A DNA stretch of 11,694 bases from positions 1-11,694 of the forward strand of contig JBBRAE010000055.1 of NCBI GenBank assembly GCA_038207085.1, written 5' to 3'. This document shows positions 6,662-11,694 of this stretch, piece after piece. The translations under genes and the position numbers were made by a program. Numbering within the stretch: the stretch's first letter is position 1; each line of letters starts with the position of its first letter. This stretch comes from Armatimonadota bacterium (lineage in GTDB: Bacteria; Armatimonadota; UBA5829; DTLH01). Below the pieces are notes generated by a model. That model worked only from the letters and a program-made list of their open reading frames with translations. It was not told the origin of the DNA and ran no database searches.

Positions 6662-7834
6662 ATGAAAATACTGTTTGTTGCCCCATATATTCCGTCACGA
6701 ATACGCGTGCGAACATTCCATATACTCTCGGAGCTCGCCAAACGACACGAGGTGCATCTGGTTGCGCTCGTCGAATCGAAGACCGCCGCGCAGTGTGGTT
6801 ACGAGGAAGTTTCCGGCCTGTGCAAGAGTGTAACAACCATCCCCCACCCCAAGCTCAAAGGCGCACGGCAGGCGGCGGCGGCGCTTCTGTCGCCATCACC
6901 GATGTGCACCGCCTACTGCCGGTCGTCGAAGCTAAAAAAAGCCGTGTGGGAGGTGCTGAGTTCGGTCAAGATCGATGTGATCCACGTCGAGCACCTGCGC
7001 GCCGCCCATTTCGTGCCTCGAAGATGCAAGACACCTGTTGTTTTCGACTCAGTCGACTGCCTGACGGACTTGTTTGGCCAAATGGCGTCCTCGGGGGGAA
7101 ACGTCCTGCGAAGGCTCGTTATGGCCGAAGAAACATGGAAACTGCGGCGCTACGAACCCAAAATGATGAAGCAACTGGGCAAAGTCGTGGTGACAAGCGA
7201 AGCTGAGCGGAGTAAACTACTCTTGCTCGACGGCACACTTGATGTGACTGTCGTCCCAAACGGGGTCGACACCGACTACTTCGCGCCATCGGCGTCGCCA
7301 AAGAGACCCGACAGAATTGTGTTCAGCGGCAAGATGGGCTATATGCCGAACAGCCAGGCCGTTCTTTGGTTTGCAGAGAATGTGATGCCGGAGGTCAGAA
7401 AGAGCCACCCCGAGGCCGAGTTTTTGGTCGTCGGGCAGGACCCTCCCGCCAAGGTGGCAAAGATCGGCGAAAGCGACGGCATCACAGTAACAGGATTTGT
7501 CGACGACATCAGGCCGCACATCGACCGGAGCGCCATCGCGGTCGCGCCGATGCAGATCGCCGTTGGAGTTCAGAACAAGGCGCTCGAAGCGCTCGCGATG
7601 GGGGTTCCTGTGGTGGCGACCGGTGTTGTAGCAAGGGCCATCGGCAAGGACTGCCCGGGGATCATCGCAGCCGAAACCGCCCAAGACATGATCAGGCATA
7701 TAAACTATTTGATAGAGAACCCGGAGACGGCCCGGGAACTGGGAGACAAAGGACGCCGGCTGTTAAACGACAGGTTCGGTTGGGCAGCGAGCATAACGGT
7801 GTTGGAACGCGTTTATCGAGAGGTCACCATTTGA
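6662..7834 (+). CDS. Glycosyltransferase family 4 protein (390 aa)
   Basis: Start reassigned to ATG 6662 (MKILFVAPYIP), 8 nt after the previous stop. Motifs VVPNGVDTDYF, FSGKMGYMPN and APMQIAVGVQNKALEALAMGVPVVAT. Confidence 0.9.
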   Translation: MKILFVAPYIPSRIRVRTFHILSELAKRHEVHLVALVESKTAAQCGYEEVSGLCKSVTTIPHPKLKGARQAAAALLSPSPMCTAYCRSSKLKKAVWEVLSSVKIDVIHVEHLRAAHFVPRRCKTPVVFDSVDCLTDLFGQMASSGGNVLRRLVMAEETWKLRRYEPKMMKQLGKVVVTSEAERSKLLLLDGTLDVTVVPNGVDTDYFAPSASPKRPDRIVFSGKMGYMPNSQAVLWFAENVMPEVRKSHPEAEFLVVGQDPPAKVAKIGESDGITVTGFVDDIRPHIDRSAIAVAPMQIAVGVQNKALEALAMGVPVVATGVVARAIGKDCPGIIAAETAQDMIRHINYLIENPETARELGDKGRRLLNDRFGWAASITVLERVYREVTI

Positions 7835-9618
7835 GCCACGAACAAGTCAAACTGATTGAACAAGAAACCACGGCTGTGCGCAAAGAAAGGCTCCCCTGGA
7901 GTTTTACACTCGGCACAATCGGAGTGTTTATTGCGATTGTCCTCACGCTCTGCACGTTTTATCTCAGGACGTTTGATGGCCTACACGATCGCAACGCGAT
8001 AGACAACGCGCAAATCGCGCGAAACATCAGCGAAGGACGGTCGTTTACAACCCGGTTCATCAGGCCTCTCAATATCAGGCACTATCACGGCACCGTCAAC
8101 AGCTTTCCCGAGCTGAATCACGGGCCGATCTACCCCTACGCGGTTGCAGGGGCGTTCAAGCTGCGGAGCCCAAGCGATCAGGCCGTGATCTGGGTAACGA
8201 TCGCGTTCGCGCTTCTCACCGCAGGGCTCACATTCGCCCTTGGCAGCATTTTGTTTGGACGAAATGTGGGGCTGCTCGCGTCGGCCACGTTTGGCTTGAG
8301 CTACCCTGTAATTTCGACGGCGCTTGGTGGTGGTGAATGGACGCTCGCCGGGGTATTTTTCACGGCGCTTGCGCTCACAGTCGCACTGCATCACCATGCC
8401 GCATCCGCAGGGCGCACAAGGACGGGAATCGTCTGCGCGGCGATCTCCGGCGCGCTTGTGGCTGCGCTCTATATGACCAACCACGTGCTCGTAGGGCTCG
8501 TCGTGCCGTTTGCTCTGTACTTTGCCATCACCTGGTCGGGTAAGAAGCTCTATAGCATTGTCTTTCTGGCGTGCTGCGCGGTCTTTTGCGCTCCCTGGGC
8601 GGTTCGAAACGCGATGCTGACGGGAGTGCCGGTGCTCGGAGCGACTCTTTGGGACATGCTCGCCAACACGACAGCTTATCCCGGCGACACTGTGTATAGA
8701 TCAACCAGCGCGGAGATACTGAACCCGTCGAGCGCTCTGCTCTTTGCCCTACGAAACTTCGCCGCGTTTGCGGGCAAGCTTTTTACAGGGACACGCGATG
8801 CGCTCTTCTCGGTTGCCGGAAGTTGCAGTTGGGTAGCCGTGGCATTTGCCGTCACGAGCGTGCTCTACAGGTTCAGATCGAGTTCGGCGAACGCCGTTCG
8901 CGGGACGCTTTACACTGCAATCGCCGTGTTCGTGGTCGCCGCCGGGCTTTTCAGCCTGCCGGGATCGGCGGCGGTGATTATCGCCCCGGCTATATGTGTG
9001 TTTGGATGCGCCTATTTTCTGCTGCTTGTAGAGGCCAAGAAACTTCACCACTATTACTCCATCGGACTCATTGGAGCCTACGTATTGATCGTCGCATACC
9101 CGACGTTTGCAACGATAGTCTGGCCCCACGAACCAAGTGCTCCCAGTCAGGCGGAGGTGCTCTTTGCCAACCAGAACTTCGGCGCGCAAATCGTGACCAA
9201 AGCGCCTCTCTTTACAGATATCCCGTGGACAGCCGCATGGCGCACACTTGGGCTTGGCGTTTGGCTGCCGATGAGCGACGACGACGTGGCTGTGATCGCG
9301 TCGAGCGGGCTTCCGATGAGCGTCGTGGTGCTGACCCCGGAGACCGACAAACTCTCCGATGCTGAGGCTTGGACACTCCTGCGCAACAGCGAAGTGTGGC
9401 AGGCTTACGTCAGCAAACCGGACAAGGCGCTGAAGATGCTCCTCGGCACACTTCCAGAAGGCTTTAACAAAGAGATAAAGGAGCCGGAAAAGCTCCTCGA
9501 CAGGTTTTCTCGCAGGTATGCCATCTCTGACTCGATCAGAGGTTTCTTCAAGGTGCCGGGGGTAAGGGATCCGTTCCGACACGAGGATGTGCAGCTGTTC
9601 TTAAGAAAAGGAGAATGA
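7831..9618 (+). CDS. GT-C fold multi-pass membrane glycosyltransferase (PMT_2/ArnT/GT39-like), about 595 aa
   Basis: Start reassigned to TTG 7831 (TTGA overlap with the upstream stop; SD GAGAGGT at 7818-7824). TM1 followed by loop DNAQIARNISEGRSFTTRFIRP...PELNHGPIYP, many hydrophobic segments, PWAVRN motif and a soluble C-terminal domain. Confidence 0.75.
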   Translation: MSHEQVKLIEQETTAVRKERLPWSFTLGTIGVFIAIVLTLCTFYLRTFDGLHDRNAIDNAQIARNISEGRSFTTRFIRPLNIRHYHGTVNSFPELNHGPIYPYAVAGAFKLRSPSDQAVIWVTIAFALLTAGLTFALGSILFGRNVGLLASATFGLSYPVISTALGGGEWTLAGVFFTALALTVALHHHAASAGRTRTGIVCAAISGALVAALYMTNHVLVGLVVPFALYFAITWSGKKLYSIVFLACCAVFCAPWAVRNAMLTGVPVLGATLWDMLANTTAYPGDTVYRSTSAEILNPSSALLFALRNFAAFAGKLFTGTRDALFSVAGSCSWVAVAFAVTSVLYRFRSSSANAVRGTLYTAIAVFVVAAGLFSLPGSAAVIIAPAICVFGCAYFLLLVEAKKLHHYYSIGLIGAYVLIVAYPTFATIVWPHEPSAPSQAEVLFANQNFGAQIVTKAPLFTDIPWTAAWRTLGLGVWLPMSDDDVAVIASSGLPMSVVVLTPETDKLSDAEAWTLLRNSEVWQAYVSKPDKALKMLLGTLPEGFNKEIKEPEKLLDRFSRRYAISDSIRGFFKVPGVRDPFRHEDVQLFLRKGE

Positions 9619-11177
9619 TATTGTCTGTTTCTCTGCAGTCATCTAATAAGAAATATACTGAGGTGGCGTGGTTTGGGGTGTTGCTGGTAGCAGTCTGCGC
9701 GCTGTACTTTCAGACCTTCGGCTATGTCTGGCGGGCATGGAACGCTGAGGTTCAATATTCCCTTGCGTTTCTCGTGCCGTTTATCTCCGGATACTTTGTC
9801 TGGAAGCAGTGGGGGGCGCTCAAGGCGATCGACCGCAAACCGACGGCTGTCGGCCTGGTGCTGATCGTGCTCGCGATTCTCTTGCATATCGCAGGCACCG
9901 CGCTAGACATATCGGGCCCTTCCACGATTTCAATACTGGTGCTAATATTGGGCTGCTGCCTGTTTTTTCATGGACTCCAATTGGTAAAAGCGATATGGTT
10001 TTCGCTCGCTTATCTCGTGTTTGCGGTGCCGTTTCCCGGTGGTGTGACCGACTTGATCGGTTTCCCACTTCAGCTGTGGGCGAGCGGGACTACGGCTGCA
10101 GTGCTGCGTATGACTGGAATGCAGGTGACGCGAAGCGGCGTCAATCTTGCCGTGCCGGGGTTCGAGTTTCAGGTCGCCGAGGCGTGCAGCGGCATGAACT
10201 CGCTTGTCGCACTGGTCGGCGTGACCGCGGTCTTCGCGTACACGGCCAAGCTGTCTGGCAGATACAAGCTGCTCCTCTTTCTGCTCGCAATACCCGTCGC
10301 GCTCGTCGCCAACGTAGTGCGGATCACCACGATTGGGCTGGTAGGCTACAAGCTCGGCCCGGCAGCGGCTACGGGAATATACCACACCTGGTCCAGCCCG
10401 CTGCTGTTTGTCGCAGCGATCTTGCAGCTTGTCTTCTTCAGCTGGATATTCGAGAAGATGAACGCCAAGTCCTGCTTGCAGAAGAAGGCGGCCGATTCTA
10501 TTGAGAATGGTCACGGGGCAACCGCCACGGCGGCGTTTTCTGTGCGCCGTTACGTGTTGATCGTCTCTTTGATCGCCGCGTCCGCGGTCTGCTCACAGAT
10601 TCTCGCATCCAAAACACCGCAGGTCATGTTTTCCCCGAGGCTCAGCACGTTGCCCCTGCAAATAGACACCTGGAAGGGCCGGGACCTTGAGCTTACACAG
10701 GAGATTAGCAAGGCGCTTAACGCCGATACCATAATAAATCGCCAGTACAACGACACTCAGACCGGAATGCCGATTGGGCTTCTCGCAGTCTATCGTAAGT
10801 ACGGCAGGCGTGACTTTGCCCATAGACCGGAGCTCTGCTACCCCGCAGCCGGTTGGGAGATCATCAAAAAAGACTACACGACAGTTCGCTACAATGGCAA
10901 AGATATACAGGCCAGGCTTGTCATCGCGCAAAAGGACAGATATCGCGACGTGATTCTTTACTGGTTCGCCTCAGGTGACAGGACCGAAGCCAATTTCGCC
11001 AAACAGCAGTTGTGGATGGCCCTTGACCGGGTTCAACCAAGGAAGTATGGGTGGGCCTTTATTCGCATCAATGCTCCCGTTATCTACAGTGATGAGGACA
11101 CTCTCAGCCAGGCGAGATTGTTCATGGAATGCGCCGACAAGCCGTTTGTCTCATTGCTCACAGGAAAGCGACCGTAG
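9615..11177 (+). CDS. xrt: Exosortase (EpsH family) fused to a C-terminal EpsI domain
   Basis: Multi-TM N-terminal domain with the Cys/Arg/His triad contexts VAEACSGMNSL, ANVVRI and IYHTWS. C-terminal EpsI motifs LPLQIDTWKG, HRPELCYPAAGW and YWF. ATGA overlap with the upstream gene; TTG 9621 is better spaced from SD AAGGAG (9608-9613). Confidence 0.92.
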   Translation: MILSVSLQSSNKKYTEVAWFGVLLVAVCALYFQTFGYVWRAWNAEVQYSLAFLVPFISGYFVWKQWGALKAIDRKPTAVGLVLIVLAILLHIAGTALDISGPSTISILVLILGCCLFFHGLQLVKAIWFSLAYLVFAVPFPGGVTDLIGFPLQLWASGTTAAVLRMTGMQVTRSGVNLAVPGFEFQVAEACSGMNSLVALVGVTAVFAYTAKLSGRYKLLLFLLAIPVALVANVVRITTIGLVGYKLGPAAATGIYHTWSSPLLFVAAILQLVFFSWIFEKMNAKSCLQKKAADSIENGHGATATAAFSVRRYVLIVSLIAASAVCSQILASKTPQVMFSPRLSTLPLQIDTWKGRDLELTQEISKALNADTIINRQYNDTQTGMPIGLLAVYRKYGRRDFAHRPELCYPAAGWEIIKKDYTTVRYNGKDIQARLVIAQKDRYRDVILYWFASGDRTEANFAKQQLWMALDRVQPRKYGWAFIRINAPVIYSDEDTLSQARLFMECADKPFVSLLTGKRP

Positions 11178-11187
11178 TATTGCAAAG

Positions 11188-11203
11188 TGGCACGTTTTTT
11201 GCA
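11188..11203 (+). promoter_or_regulatory. Sigma54 (RpoN) -24/-12 promoter
   Basis: TGGCACG-TTTT-TTGCA is an exact match to TGGCACG-N4-TTGCW. Confidence 0.7.
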
Positions 11204-11275
11204 GTATATATGAAATGTAGTTAACATTATCGAGGAAACAGGCACATTCTGGTAAAATTACGTGGTTTCCCACTC

Positions 11276-11304
11276 TTGACATATTCTCGTCTGCCTGCTA
11301 TCAT
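11276..11304 (+). promoter_or_regulatory. Sigma70-type promoter with extended -10
   Basis: TTGACA (11276-11281), 17-nt spacer ending in TGc, TATCAT (11299-11304). Confidence 0.75.
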
Positions 11305-11353
11305 TATGTAGGTATAGTGAACGAGTGTAATCCAGAACAGAGTCTGCTCACTC

Positions 11354-11610
11354 TCGAGCTTGCGACGGCCTATTGCCACATTTCCCGACTTTTATGCTAT
11401 TGTTTCTTTGCCAAAACAAGCTGATCTGTGGTTCGGATCAGCTTATCATGGGTATACAAGAAACAAGCTGATGTATTAGTTGGCTAGTTCGCATTATTCA
11501 CGGGAAGCGAATAATGCTCTCTTAGCAAGAGCCTTATTCGCTTCACGAATAAGGCGGGCTAGTGGCGAGCAGGCTATTCCGGAGGGAGGATTCTCCGGAC
11601 TGCGGGTCGA
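11354..11610 (+). ncRNA. Candidate structured leader or small RNA, interrupted by the ~72-bp element
   Basis: Series of nested complementary segments centred on about 11431, downstream of two promoter matches, with no credible ORF. Family not recognised. Confidence 0.35.
11488..11558. mobile_element. 71-bp MITE/REPIN-like nested palindrome, copy 2
   Basis: 61 of 73 aligned columns identical to copy 1; flanked by CTAG direct repeats (11484-11487, 11559-11562); left end reads TTCGC instead of CCCGC. Confidence 0.75.
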
Positions 11611-11694
11611 CAGTCGTCGATGCGCCATTGACGGAATACCATAATTGAATGATCGGGCGCAGGAAGCAGCCTGTTGGTATTTTCCACACATGGA

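Noticed and set aside
7366..7830. 155-codon N-terminal extension of the 750-aa ORF
   Set aside because: Overlaps the GT4 gene out of frame and gives Arg/Gly-rich junk; a coupled TTG start with an SD exists at 7831.
88..10931. Numerous antisense and alternate-frame ORFs in the track (e.g. 571-1206, 1417-2043, 3977-4600, 8749-9582, 9809-10504)
   Set aside because: They overlap well-supported genes and lack recognisable motifs; typical shadow ORFs of GC-rich coding DNA.
11651..11672. SRP RNA helix-8-like word AGGAAGCAGCC
   Set aside because: The matching 5' strand (CAGG..CC) and the GNRA tetraloop are not present; likely chance.
11494..11691. 65-aa minus-strand ORF
   Set aside because: Runs through the palindromic element and hairpins; no protein-like features.
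1..11694. Taxonomic assignment (the locus style recalls Armatimonadota)
   Set aside because: Impression only; no marker gene in the window supports it.

Overview
Bacterial genomic window whose intact genes all lie on the + strand. Left part: the 3' portion of an AcrB/AcrD/AcrF-type RND permease (1-2082), then an unannotated truncated universal stress protein gene (2085-2213) abutting an internal IS1380-type transposase fragment on the - strand (about 2238-2534), which looks like a rearrangement scar. The rest is a PEP-CTERM/exosortase surface-polysaccharide locus: a PEP-CTERM protein behind a sigma54-type promoter, a Poly_export/SLBB (Wza-like) export protein, a tiny Ser/Thr-rich protein with a variant VPELP sorting signal and its own promoter and terminator, two GT4 glycosyltransferases, a GT-C (PMT_2/ArnT-like) membrane glycosyltransferase and an exosortase-EpsI fusion. 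The intergenic DNA is highly structured. It holds two copies of a ~72-bp nested-palindrome element, each flanked by a 4-bp direct repeat and showing a compensatory base change, and each sitting inside a larger inverted-repeat scaffold. It also holds a shared GYTGATCTG-N8-ATCAGC dyad and tandem sigma54 + sigma70 promoter matches ahead of a ~390-nt non-coding tail. All family calls come from motif recognition and all pairings were traced by eye; no searches or folding programs were run.
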